64,000 bases of DNA from an uncultured bacterium (lineage in GTDB: Bacteria; Bacillota_I; Bacilli_A; RF39; UBA660), in contig CASFOW010000045.1 of assembly GCA_949296705.1 (NCBI GenBank), forward strand, positions 4,234 to 68,233. Reading direction: 5' to 3'. Under the pieces are notes generated by a model. The model did no database searches and had not been told where the DNA came from. It saw only the letters and a program-made list of their open reading frames with translations. Positions 29,979 through 39,711 of the stretch are shown here, piece after piece. Numbering within the stretch: the first letter of the stretch is position 1; every line of letters starts with the position of its first letter. Position numbers and translations under genes: made by a program.

Positions 29979-30649
29979 TGTTTAAATTTAAAGGAATTAG
30001 CAGTAAAAAAATGGGTGTTGTCGTTGAGGAAGAAGATTATTTTTTATCGAAAGCCTCTAGTCGATATGAAAATATTGACATAGATGGTAGAGATGGCTCA
30101 TTATTCAACGAATTAGGGTATACAAATATTGATATCTCGATGGACATACAGATTCTAAATCCAGATAAAATTGATGATATTTATAATTGGCTAAATGGAA
30201 GTGGTGAATTTGAATACAAAGGTCGTAAAACTACAGCCTTTTTTTATAATGACATTTCTTTACAGAGAATGGTATCTATAAAAAGGGCAAATATAATTTT
30301 TAGTCGCTCACCATTTTGGGTATCAACTGATCAAAATTATAAGACTGTAACCGATAAGATTGTTAATTCTGGAAATATATATTCTAAACCTGTGATTCGC
30401 TTAGAAAAAGGAGAGTACGATGTAGTTGAGCTAACAATTGCTAATGTAAGATTTAAATACTCTTTTCATGATGATGATTACGTTGAAATCGATTGTGAAA
30501 ACTATGAAGCAATTTATGATGACGTGTTAAGAAATCGGAATTTAGAGATTGGCTTTGATTTTCCAAGACTTTTCCCAGGCGAAAATAAAATTACTTTTCA
30601 TTCGGGAATTTGTGTTGTAAAAGTGAGGCGATTTGATAGATGGCTATGA
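29975..30649 (+). CDS. distal tail protein (Dit-like)
   Basis: Position directly after the tape measure. 224 aa. Confidence 0.5.
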   Translation: MMFKFKGISSKKMGVVVEEEDYFLSKASSRYENIDIDGRDGSLFNELGYTNIDISMDIQILNPDKIDDIYNWLNGSGEFEYKGRKTTAFFYNDISLQRMVSIKRANIIFSRSPFWVSTDQNYKTVTDKIVNSGNIYSKPVIRLEKGEYDVVELTIANVRFKYSFHDDDYVEIDCENYEAIYDDVLRNRNLEIGFDFPRLFPGENKITFHSGICVVKVRRFDRWL

Positions 30650-32496
30650 TTAAGATTTTTAATTCTACTGATCGTGATTTTTCAACGAATGGAAATCTTT
30701 GTATTTCTCCTTTAAAATGCATTGAAAAAAAGTCAAAATCGTTGAATGGATGGTATTTATCGGTTGAAGTAGATATTAAATACAAAAGTTATATAAAAAA
30801 AGATATTTTAATCGTTACAAAGACAAAGTCCATGCTTAACCCACAAGCTTTCAGAATTGGGGAGAATATAGAATATACTAATAGAAAAATTATTTTTCAA
30901 GCTAATCATGTTTATCTGGATAGTGAAGGATTATTCTTATTAGATGTAAGGCCTACTAATTTAAATGCTATTTCTGCGCTTGAATATGTAAATGAAAGGA
31001 CTGATTCAATCAGTCCTTTCATAGTTTATTCAGACATTTCGACTCCATCAACTTCGTATTTTATAAGAAAAAATTTATTAGAGGCATGGAGTGTTTTTGA
31101 AGAAAGATATTCGGGATTTTTTCAATTTGATAATTGGAATGTTTCATTAAAGCAAAATATTTCTATTGATACAGATATATTTTTAGCTTATGGCAAAGAT
31201 TTGCAAGGAGTTAGAATTTTTGAAGATTGGAGTAATGTTGTTACTCGACTTTGCCCAGTAGGTCCTGATGGTCTCTTGTTAGACGAAGTATATATTGATT
31301 CTGATATTCAGTATGATGTTCCTTACACGAAAGCAGTTATTTTTGAAACAAGTTTAGAATCTGATGAACAAACAGAAGAAAATCTAAAAAACGAACTTAG
31401 AGCCAAGGCAGAAGCATATCTTGCAGAAAATAAGTATCCTAAAATATCTTACGAAATTACTTCAAATGTCAGACAAGATTTAGATATTGGCTACATTGCT
31501 ACAGTAAAGCACCCAATAGTTGATCTAAAAACAGAATTAATTGAGTATGAATACGATGTAATTAATGAGAGAGTTACTTCTTTAACTTTTGGGAATTTTT
31601 CAAGAAATGTCAAAAAGAAATTTGATGCAATTAAAGAGCAAATTAACGAACAAACTGAAAAGATAACAAGTCAACAATTAGCAATAAAAGATCAGACTAA
31701 TCTAATTAATTCTTTAAACAAGACAGGCCTAGTTTATGTTGATAAAAACGAAATATTGATTCTTGATAAATTGCCTAAAGAAGAAGCAGAAAATGTTTGG
31801 CGACTTGGTATGGGTGGCTTTGGTTTTTCAAGTAACGGGTATGAAGGTCCTTTCGAAACAGCCATTACTCAAGATGGAAAAATTAATGCTAATTTTATAA
31901 CTGCTGGTAAGATTAATACTAATTTGATTGAAGGGTATGAGCAAATTGTTACTAAGGTTAGTTCTACCGAAAGCGAAGTTGCTAAAATTAACACAAATAT
32001 TACTAATAATATGTACAACAAAGAGCAGATAGATTCGATGCAATCTAATGCTCAACAAAATATCTTAGAAATTAAAAATACCGTAGAAAATAAAACGACC
32101 GCTACAGAACAAGAAATTAACGTTATTAAAGAACAAATTAACAATGGTGTTTCAAAAGTTACAACAACAACCGGAAGTTTTGACGAAAATGGATTACACA
32201 TTGAAAAAACCGGCGAAGAGATGAATTCTCACATGGACTGGGATGGCATGGTTGTTAAGAGAGATAATGATGAAGTATTATCAGTTCGTTCTAATGGTGT
32301 TAATGCTGAAAATATCACTGTAAGAAAATATTGGATTCAAGATCCTGTGAGAATTGAAAAGGCTAGTGCTATTTCTAATCCTAATGTATTCGGTTTAGGG
32401 TTCTTTGCAATGAAACCACCAGTAGTGCAAGAAAATGCAATTCTTTACAATAACGAAGAAATTTTATATAAAAATGAGGTGATTGTATATGGCTAA
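30640..32496 (+). CDS. tail-associated protein (Tal or prophage tail endopeptidase-like)
   Basis: 618 aa after Dit. Coiled-coil central region. Confidence 0.5.
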   Translation: MAMIKIFNSTDRDFSTNGNLCISPLKCIEKKSKSLNGWYLSVEVDIKYKSYIKKDILIVTKTKSMLNPQAFRIGENIEYTNRKIIFQANHVYLDSEGLFLLDVRPTNLNAISALEYVNERTDSISPFIVYSDISTPSTSYFIRKNLLEAWSVFEERYSGFFQFDNWNVSLKQNISIDTDIFLAYGKDLQGVRIFEDWSNVVTRLCPVGPDGLLLDEVYIDSDIQYDVPYTKAVIFETSLESDEQTEENLKNELRAKAEAYLAENKYPKISYEITSNVRQDLDIGYIATVKHPIVDLKTELIEYEYDVINERVTSLTFGNFSRNVKKKFDAIKEQINEQTEKITSQQLAIKDQTNLINSLNKTGLVYVDKNEILILDKLPKEEAENVWRLGMGGFGFSSNGYEGPFETAITQDGKINANFITAGKINTNLIEGYEQIVTKVSSTESEVAKINTNITNNMYNKEQIDSMQSNAQQNILEIKNTVENKTTATEQEINVIKEQINNGVSKVTTTTGSFDENGLHIEKTGEEMNSHMDWDGMVVKRDNDEVLSVRSNGVNAENITVRKYWIQDPVRIEKASAISNPNVFGLGFFAMKPPVVQENAILYNNEEILYKNEVIVYG

Positions 32497-34003
32497 AAAT
32501 TTAGTGGCCGGAGAGACTACAAAGATAACTGAGAGTGGCTCTAATATATCAGTTGAATTAAATGATATTATGAAGAATAAAATCAATTCTATTCCAAATA
32601 TAACAATAGGTACTACCACAACAGGAGATGTGGGAACAGAGGCAAGCGTAAGCAATTCAGGGACCGCTACGAATATGATATTGAATTTCACAATTCCAAA
32701 AGGTGCTAACGGTCAAGATGGCCAAGATGGAGCTGATGGTGCGAATGGTGCGGATGGAGAAGATGGAATTACCCCTCATATTGGCGATAATGGAAACTGG
32801 TTCTTAGGCGAAGAAGATACTGGTAAACCTTCGCGCGGAATTCAAGGAGAACAAGGGCAAGCAGGACAACCTGGTAGTGATGGCGAAGATGGTCAAGATG
32901 GTATCGGATTCACTACTGCGTCAGCAGGAACCCCAACACAAAGTGATGGATATACTGTTACGCCAATTACTTTTAACAAAACAGATGGTTCTAATGTAGT
33001 AGTTAATGTAAGCGCTAAAAATGGACTTGATGGTAGTGGTGGAACAGGTGGGACTACTGATTATTCAGAACTAGAAAATAAGCCTAAAATTAATAATGTA
33101 GAGTTAACTGGTAATAGAACTCTTGCCGAGTTAGGAATACAACCAGAAGGAAATTACTTGGAATCTGAAAGTGATCCAACCGTTCCCAACTATGTCAAAA
33201 ATATCACACAGCAGAATATTAATGATTGGAATAATAAGAGTGAATTTAGTGGCTCATATAATGACTTATCAGATAAACCGACAATTCCAGAAGAATATTC
33301 GCTACCGATTGCGAGTTCTACAGTTCTAGGCGGAATCAAAGTTGGCACAAATTTGGAGATTACATCTGATGGAACACTTAATGCCCAAACAAGCGGTGGA
33401 ACAGGGGGAACAACAGACTATACTCAATTAAGCAATAAGCCTAAAATCAACAACGTGGAATTAAATGGAAATAAGACTTTAAGCGATTTAGGTATTCAAC
33501 AAACTGTTGTAAGTGAAACAGAACCCACAGATGATAGTGTAAAAGTGTGGATTAATCCTAATGGATCTAATGAAGAATGGTCTTTAATAGAAACTTTTGA
33601 GGCCGATGGTATTAATGGAGTATTTGAAAAAACAAATATTAATTTGAAGAAAGCAATAGTATCTATTGATGCTAAAATAGGAACTGCTAGTAAAACAATG
33701 TATTTAAGGATAAAAACTGGAAATGATATTGACTATTTAAGATGTGGATATATTTCTGGCGTAGTTAATACTCAAAAAGAATACATCACTACAGTAGAAA
33801 TCGAAACGCAACCATTTGTAATTATAACGGCAAGAACTTGTAGTAAGGCCGATACTTCCAGTTTTAATATAATCAATGTTTCTTTGCCGAATAATTTTGA
33901 AAAAAAGGGAAATATAAAGGCGATATCAATCGGTCATTCTTCTGAAGAATTCGTTCCCCCTGCTGGAACAATAATTAATATTTATGGAGTGGAAGGTGAG
34001 TAG
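32483..34003 (+). CDS. tail fibre protein with collagen-like Gly-X-Y repeats
   Basis: GANGQDGQDGADGANGADGEDG and GEQGQAGQPGSDGEDGQDG repeats. Duplicated ~20-aa segments (TDY..L.NKPKINNVEL.GN.TL..LGIQ). Confidence 0.6.
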   Translation: MYMAKNLVAGETTKITESGSNISVELNDIMKNKINSIPNITIGTTTTGDVGTEASVSNSGTATNMILNFTIPKGANGQDGQDGADGANGADGEDGITPHIGDNGNWFLGEEDTGKPSRGIQGEQGQAGQPGSDGEDGQDGIGFTTASAGTPTQSDGYTVTPITFNKTDGSNVVVNVSAKNGLDGSGGTGGTTDYSELENKPKINNVELTGNRTLAELGIQPEGNYLESESDPTVPNYVKNITQQNINDWNNKSEFSGSYNDLSDKPTIPEEYSLPIASSTVLGGIKVGTNLEITSDGTLNAQTSGGTGGTTDYTQLSNKPKINNVELNGNKTLSDLGIQQTVVSETEPTDDSVKVWINPNGSNEEWSLIETFEADGINGVFEKTNINLKKAIVSIDAKIGTASKTMYLRIKTGNDIDYLRCGYISGVVNTQKEYITTVEIETQPFVIITARTCSKADTSSFNIINVSLPNNFEKKGNIKAISIGHSSEEFVPPAGTIINIYGVEGE

Positions 34004-34005
34004 AT

Positions 34006-34494
34006 ATGTCAGTAATTAAGATAAGAGATGAAAGTGGAGAATTTGTAGATATTCCTGTTATAAAAGGAGAAAAGGGCGAAAATGGTCCTAGTAATGTTTT
34101 GACGATTGGCTCAGTAACTTCAGGAGATACTGCAAGCGCTACAATAACCGGTGAAAGCCCAAATCAAGTTTTGAATTTAGTCTTGCCTAAAGGAGATAAA
34201 GGTGATACCGGTGCGCAAGGTGAAGATGGTATTCCAGGAACATCGGGCCAAGATGGGGCGGATGGCGTATCCCCTAATATTTCTGTAAAAGTGAACAACG
34301 CCACTCAATATATACTAACAATTACAGATGCAGATGATTCTTTTGATACCCCAAATTTAAAAGGTCAAAATGGTGCAGATGGTCAAGATGGAGTGGATGG
34401 AACTAGTGTATTAGTAATTGAAGCAACAGATGAGAATAATGCACTTACTTTAAGCAGTCAAAATCCTAATAACATTTATTTTTGGGAGGAATAA
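34006..34494 (+). CDS. collagen-like repeat tail fibre-associated protein
   Basis: GDKGDTGAQGEDGIPGTSGQDGADG and GQNGADGQDGVDG. Confidence 0.5.
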   Translation: MSVIKIRDESGEFVDIPVIKGEKGENGPSNVLTIGSVTSGDTASATITGESPNQVLNLVLPKGDKGDTGAQGEDGIPGTSGQDGADGVSPNISVKVNNATQYILTITDADDSFDTPNLKGQNGADGQDGVDGTSVLVIEATDENNALTLSSQNPNNIYFWEE

Positions 34495-35351
34495 TGGGAA
34501 CAGTATTTAATGCAAAAAAATGGAAAGGTGCTTGTGTAAAAGGAAAAAAAGTTTGTGGGCTAGTAAAGAACGGAGCGCTATTTTTTAAAAGTGATAATTA
34601 TATCCCTCCAATTTCAGAAATTTACAAACGAAGAATTATGGTTGGCGATAATTTAAAAGGCAAAAAAGTTTATGCCGATTTTCCAAATAATTATGTATTA
34701 GAACTGCAGGATAGATTAGGCACATCATTTAAGACTAATACTTTAGTTGATGTAACAAATCGTTCGATAACTGAATATACTTTTCCATCCATGTCTGGTA
34801 GTGGAACAGGATATTATGTGGCCTGTAATTTTGCCTCTGATTCTTCCGATTTTCGATTTTATTGGTGTGAATCATCTAATACAGATAATTATGTTAATAA
34901 TAGTGAGGTGTTATTGGAAAATGATAGGGATTATATTGTCGCTCAAATTGACGATACTAATCCTAGCTATCGACATTTATTTGTAGAAGATTCTAATATC
35001 AGACCTTTTTTAGTAGGGGATATAATTACCGAAAATACAAAAATATATTTTACAGTCCCAGATAACATAGATACAGAAATTACGGATAATAACGAAGTCG
35101 ACAGAATAATTGTTTTAAATGATAAGAGTAACTATGTAAGTGGTTTGTATATTGCTGATAAAACTTGCATGCTGGCACTTTATGTAAGTTATGGAACAAG
35201 CACTATTTTTTATAAAAAACAAGATGGAGTATTAGATACTAACTTAAGTAGTGCTAAAGATTCCAGATTTATAGGAATTGTAAAAACAATAAATACCGAA
35301 TCAAAGATATATCAGTATGTTTTAGTCGATAAAACAACTTTAGGGGCATAA
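34494..35351 (+). CDS. tail fibre or receptor-binding accessory protein (hypothetical)
   Basis: RBS GGAGG before ATG 34494. Position. Confidence 0.4.
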   Translation: MGTVFNAKKWKGACVKGKKVCGLVKNGALFFKSDNYIPPISEIYKRRIMVGDNLKGKKVYADFPNNYVLELQDRLGTSFKTNTLVDVTNRSITEYTFPSMSGSGTGYYVACNFASDSSDFRFYWCESSNTDNYVNNSEVLLENDRDYIVAQIDDTNPSYRHLFVEDSNIRPFLVGDIITENTKIYFTVPDNIDTEITDNNEVDRIIVLNDKSNYVSGLYIADKTCMLALYVSYGTSTIFYKKQDGVLDTNLSSAKDSRFIGIVKTINTESKIYQYVLVDKTTLGA

Positions 35352-35481
35352 TGAAAAAACTAAGCTGGCTCTGGAAAAAATTTTGGGGTAAAAAATATTA
35401 TATTGTCTATACGGAAGAGCTTCGAAAGGGTGAGGCTCTTTTTTATGGACACAAAATTTACGTAGGAAAGAAGAGTGATAA

Positions 35482-36915
35482 GTGATGGCAACCTTTTTAG
35501 GATACTCTAATTTTAATGGTAAGAATGGTAGTAAGTTTTCAGCTGACCTCTTGTACGACATACTAGAGCAAAATATAGTAGGCAATTATCACAGAATTCG
35601 TCTGTATGGTTATATTAGGTCGTGGGATGGATATTCAGGGTCTGGTAGTTACGCACCATTTTATATAAATGGTCAAAATGCAGGTGGTTTTTCATCAATA
35701 TCAGCCAATCAGTATTCTCAAGTTGCGGTACTAGATGTAACGGTTCAACACGATGATGCTGGGAAGGGAGTATTAAATTGGTCGCTATTTGTCGATACCT
35801 CTTGGACTTTAGGAGATGCGAGTGCGAGCGGTAGTTTAGAATTACCGACAATACCAAGGGCTAGTCAGCCTACAGCAACTAGTGCCAACATTGGCGATGC
35901 AATTACTATTTACACTAATCGTAAGTCATCAATATTTACTCATACGATTACTTGGAGTTTTGGCTCTTTAAGTGGAACTGTCGCTACTGGTGTAGGCGAT
36001 TCTTGTTTATTTCAGTTACCAGAAAGCTTGTATTCTCAAATTCCTAATTCACAATCTGGAACAGGTGTCATTTACTGCGAAACCTATAACGGTGGTACTA
36101 AAGTAGGGAATACTCTAGCATGTAATTTTAACGCCTATGCGAATCAAAGTGCATGCTTGCCAAATGTTTCAATTGAAGTTAAAGATATTAATGAATCAGC
36201 AATTGCGTTAACTGGAAGTAATCAAAAATTGATTAAGTTCTTTTCTAACGCCCAAGTCGATTTTAGTTCTAGTGCGAAAAACTATGCTTCAATTACTGCA
36301 AATAGTATCTATTGCGGTAATGGACAGACAATGGCTGGTAATTCAGTGATTTTTAGCCAAGTTGAATCAGGCTATTTTAAAGGCACAGCTACAGATTCTA
36401 GAGGTTTTTCTAACTCAATAGAAAAAAATGTAGAGATGGTACCTTATGTTAAATTAACTTTGAATTGTGAAGTGTCTCGTGTAACTCCGACAGGCTCACA
36501 AGTATTAGTTAGCCTTAGCGGAAATTACTATAATGGTAGTTTTGGTACTCAATCTAATACACTAGCTCTTAAATATCGTCATAAAGAATCGGAATCTTCT
36601 TCTTGGAGCGAGTATGAAGAAATAATTCCAACTGTCGAAGGAAACGTGTTCAGCTTTGAAGAAATACTAGATTATAGCTTTAATTATCAAAAATATTATG
36701 ATTTTGAATTTGTAGTAGTTGATAAGATTACTCAAGTAATTTCTCAACAATCAATCTCACCAGGTATTCCCATTATGCTACTTTGCGAAAAATTTATTGA
36801 ATTATGGGGTAATAAAGCGTTTTATTTAAACGAAAATGAGGAATTGGCTATATTAGGTGATTTCAAAATCGGTGAGACAACAAAATCATTAAATGATATA
36901 GCAGGAGGTCAATGA
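35482..36915 (+). CDS. tail fibre or receptor-binding protein (hypothetical)
   Basis: 477 aa. Position between the fibre genes and the lysis cassette. Confidence 0.4.
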   Translation: MMATFLGYSNFNGKNGSKFSADLLYDILEQNIVGNYHRIRLYGYIRSWDGYSGSGSYAPFYINGQNAGGFSSISANQYSQVAVLDVTVQHDDAGKGVLNWSLFVDTSWTLGDASASGSLELPTIPRASQPTATSANIGDAITIYTNRKSSIFTHTITWSFGSLSGTVATGVGDSCLFQLPESLYSQIPNSQSGTGVIYCETYNGGTKVGNTLACNFNAYANQSACLPNVSIEVKDINESAIALTGSNQKLIKFFSNAQVDFSSSAKNYASITANSIYCGNGQTMAGNSVIFSQVESGYFKGTATDSRGFSNSIEKNVEMVPYVKLTLNCEVSRVTPTGSQVLVSLSGNYYNGSFGTQSNTLALKYRHKESESSSWSEYEEIIPTVEGNVFSFEEILDYSFNYQKYYDFEFVVVDKITQVISQQSISPGIPIMLLCEKFIELWGNKAFYLNENEELAILGDFKIGETTKSLNDIAGGQ

Positions 36916-37319
36916 TGGAAAATTGTGATGTTAATGCAAATAAAATAAAATCACTTGAAGCAAGAATTGAAAAACTAGAGCAGTACCGTGAAAATGATAA
37001 AGATCAACTTCATGCTTTAGATACAACTTTACAAGTTTTTATTAATGAGATGAAGAATATTTCAGAAGATTTAAAAAATATAGTCGCAAATTCTAAAGAA
37101 GCAGTAACGAGAGCAGCTAATGCTACACAGAAAGATATAGGTACTTTAAAAGAAAAATATGATTCTTTGGAAAAAAAATTATCGGTTTTAGACAACAAGT
37201 TGGAGCAGGAAACAGTTATTGCTAATGCGGAAAAATGGAAAAAAATAACAAGCTATATTGCTACAGCGGTCGTCGGTGCGGTTGTAGCTTTTATTTTGGC
37301 AAAGATAGGGATTTCATAA
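36912..37319 (+). CDS. XhlA-like coiled-coil lysis-associated membrane protein
   Basis: Coiled-coil N-terminus and a single C-terminal TM segment YIATAVVGAVVAFILAKIG. First gene of the lysis cassette. Confidence 0.5.
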   Translation: MMENCDVNANKIKSLEARIEKLEQYRENDKDQLHALDTTLQVFINEMKNISEDLKNIVANSKEAVTRAANATQKDIGTLKEKYDSLEKKLSVLDNKLEQETVIANAEKWKKITSYIATAVVGAVVAFILAKIGIS

Positions 37320-37337
37320 AAAGAAAGGAATGATATT

Positions 37338-37523
37338 ATGAAAGAAAAAATAATTAAATTAATTGATTTAAAGTCAATTATTACGATTTTGATGGCAATT
37401 ACACTTGTAGTCGGCTTTTTTACAAATAGAATTGAAGCAGATGTATTTATACCTTTTGCTACAATGACTTTTACTTTTTATTTCACAAAAAAGAAAAACG
37501 ATGAAAAAGGAAGTGAGCAGTAA
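37338..37523 (+). CDS. holin (small TM protein)
   Basis: 61 aa with hydrophobic segment IITILMAITLVVGFF. Lies between the xhlA-like gene and the endolysin. Confidence 0.5.
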   Translation: MKEKIIKLIDLKSIITILMAITLVVGFFTNRIEADVFIPFATMTFTFYFTKKKNDEKGSEQ

Positions 37524-37723
37524 TGAATAGTAGAGCTGAATTTTTAGAAGTAAGTGAAGAACAAAAAGATAGAATCGAAAAAGCAAGAAAGATTTTTTCA
37601 GATATTTACGACTTTGCTGAAAAATATTGCAAAAAAAGCAGGGAAACATCTTTAGCCTTTACTAAATTAGAAGAAGCGCAATTTTGGCTTATTAAAGGTA
37701 TTACCAGAGAGGTGGAAGAATAA
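37523..37723 (+). CDS. hypothetical protein in the lysis region
   Basis: ORF, overlapping start. Confidence 0.3.
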   Translation: MNSRAEFLEVSEEQKDRIEKARKIFSDIYDFAEKYCKKSRETSLAFTKLEEAQFWLIKGITREVEE

Positions 37724-37724
37724 T

Positions 37725-37994
37725 ATGAAAAATGATGAAATGTTAGATTTATGCAAAGAAGTAGTTGTTAATTATTTCAATGAAAATGTTGAAAAGACAG
37801 ATGAATTTAAAATAAATAAGGATAACGTATTCGTTGTATGGTTTAGTAAAACACTACAAAACTTTAAAGCATTAGTAAGTACTACGATTTCAGATGGTAT
37901 GTATTATGAGTTAACTTATAATGGTAACAGGAAAGAATTATATTTGGATGCTTACAAAAAATGGGAAAATAAATGTATTAAGGTAGGTGAGTAA
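37725..37994 (+). CDS. hypothetical protein in the lysis region
   Basis: ORF. Confidence 0.3.
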   Translation: MKNDEMLDLCKEVVVNYFNENVEKTDEFKINKDNVFVVWFSKTLQNFKALVSTTISDGMYYELTYNGNRKELYLDAYKKWENKCIKVGE

Positions 37995-37995
37995 C

Positions 37996-38838
37996 ATGGA
38001 AGCTTTTACATTTGGAATGAAAACAATGCGTATCACTCAAAATTATAGTGGTACAGCATCTCATAAGCCTCATTGGTATAATTCTAAGGACTATGCTGAT
38101 TATCCTATTGATGTTGCCGGAAAAGATGAAAATAGAGATATTTATTATGCTACGGTAGATATGCAAGTTCTAGCTATCAAGGGAAAAGGAAACTCGATGA
38201 CTAATACGATTTGGTTAGTTACTACTGACAAGGTTCAAACTCCCAGTGGTGTTATGAAAGTATTCATGGCTTTAACTCATTGGAACGATAATGACCAATA
38301 TGTTTCTAAACTAAAAGTAGGTAATATCGTTAAAGCCGGTAATCCTATCTGTGAAGAGGGAACAGATGGAGCTACCGCCAATCACTTGCATGTAGTTTAC
38401 GGGAATGCTGATAAGGGATGCGGAGATACTCTTATTCAGAATTCGAATGGTAAGTGGGTATCCTCTGGATATTGCATGAAGCCAGAAGAAATTATGTATG
38501 TAGATAGAGAGTTTACGAATGTAGTAGATACATGTGGGCTAACGTTCCAAGACAAGCCGAAAGAGGTGGTAAACACGTTATTCCTTGGAGAAAAAGGGTG
38601 GTTAGGCTTCGGAGATGAGAGTGAGTCAGTAGGTAAGATATGCCAATTTATGCACGATACTTTTCCTAAATACGGTGAGTGGCTTGGCTTAGATAATGAG
38701 AAAGTTTTAGGCAATTATTATGGTAACATTATCAAGTCATACATCATCGAATTTCAGAAAAGAACAGGCTTGGAATCAGATGGTAACGTTGGGCCTATCA
38801 CTTTAGCAAAATTGAAAGAATTTGGATTTAAAGAATAA
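37996..38838 (+). CDS. endolysin: N-terminal peptidase-like catalytic domain plus C-terminal peptidoglycan-binding (PG_binding_1-like) domain
   Basis: C-terminus KSYIIEFQKRTGLESDGNVGPITLAKL matches the PG-binding repeat. RBS AAGGTAGGTGA before ATG 37996. Last late gene, followed by a terminator. Confidence 0.6.
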   Translation: MEAFTFGMKTMRITQNYSGTASHKPHWYNSKDYADYPIDVAGKDENRDIYYATVDMQVLAIKGKGNSMTNTIWLVTTDKVQTPSGVMKVFMALTHWNDNDQYVSKLKVGNIVKAGNPICEEGTDGATANHLHVVYGNADKGCGDTLIQNSNGKWVSSGYCMKPEEIMYVDREFTNVVDTCGLTFQDKPKEVVNTLFLGEKGWLGFGDESESVGKICQFMHDTFPKYGEWLGLDNEKVLGNYYGNIIKSYIIEFQKRTGLESDGNVGPITLAKLKEFGFKE

Positions 38839-38870
38839 GAGTCTAGTCAATTGTGATTAGACTCTTTTTT
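38839..38870 (+). terminator. rho-independent terminator after the endolysin
   Basis: gagtcta-(loop)-tagactc stem followed by tttttt. Confidence 0.65.
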
Positions 38871-38935
38871 GTTTGAATAAAATTTTGGAAAAGTAAAGTA
38901 TAAAGTATATTTTGTTGTTAATTCTAAGCTCCTTT

Positions 38936-39448
38936 TTATTTTTCAAAACTGTAATCTTCTTTTAACAGCCTCATATTATCTATGTTAAAATTGCCATCTT
39001 CGATATCATCATCGCTTATTTTAGTACTATCATACTCGAATAACTGCTTAAAATCAGCATACATTGAGCAATTATTCTTTTCACAATTCAAGGCAATGCT
39101 ATTATAAGTATTAATAGCCTTCTCATAAGTATCATATACTTTGATATATTTATCGTTTATATTTTGAGTGGTCTCTCCCCTAGATTCCCAACCGTTTGAA
39201 GTTTTTTCGTAATGTTCTGTACCACAATAAATATAATATTTTTTCATCTTTAATTCCTCCTTAAAATTATTGATTGCATTCTTTAGAAATTCTACTTTAC
39301 TAATGTTGTGTTGAACAAGCAATTCATCAAGTTCTTCTTTTTCTTGAATAGTCAGATCCACTTTAAATGGCTTAATATTTTTTCGTCGCTCTTTCATATA
39401 GGCTCTTAAATATTCCTTTTGATTAAATTCTGTATTTTCACTTTTCAT
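38936..39448 (-). CDS. hypothetical protein near attR; N-terminus may be a small DNA-binding domain
   Basis: 170 aa, opposite orientation to the late genes, at the prophage end (moron or RDF position). Confidence 0.4.
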   Translation of the reverse strand: MKSENTEFNQKEYLRAYMKERRKNIKPFKVDLTIQEKEELDELLVQHNISKVEFLKNAINNFKEELKMKKYYIYCGTEHYEKTSNGWESRGETTQNINDKYIKVYDTYEKAINTYNSIALNCEKNNCSMYADFKQLFEYDSTKISDDDIEDGNFNIDNMRLLKEDYSFEK

Positions 39449-39453
39449 AATCT

Positions 39454-39482
39454 ATTGACATCTTCTTCTTGGAATCATATAA
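39454..39482 (+). promoter_or_regulatory. perfect consensus sigma-A promoter (TTGACA-17 bp-TATAAT) facing attR and the host cotJ genes, followed by a 14-bp palindrome (39485-39516)
   Basis: TTGACA 39454-39459 and TATAAT 39477-39482. Downstream palindrome TTGTAGAAaTTGGC-tatc-GCCAAcTTCTACAA. Confidence 0.45.
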
Positions 39483-39711
39483 TATTTGTAGAAATTGGCT
39501 ATCGCCAACTTCTACAACATTTGGTAACTTTAGAGGTCTTTTGGAATTGGAGCTTTAAAGTTACTTTTATTTTCCAAATTTTTATTGAAAATGTCAATTT
39601 TTTCACATCCTTTCTTTTTTTTTATCTGTAATCTTTCTTGATTACATATTAAGTATATCACTTTACGTACGTAAAGTCAATAGTTTTTTGCTTATTTTAT
39701 AAAAAAGTTGT

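Noticed and set aside
39419-39631. 70-aa plus-strand ORF near attR
   Set aside because: It starts upstream of the consensus promoter, has no RBS and a low-complexity translation. The region is more likely a non-coding transcript.
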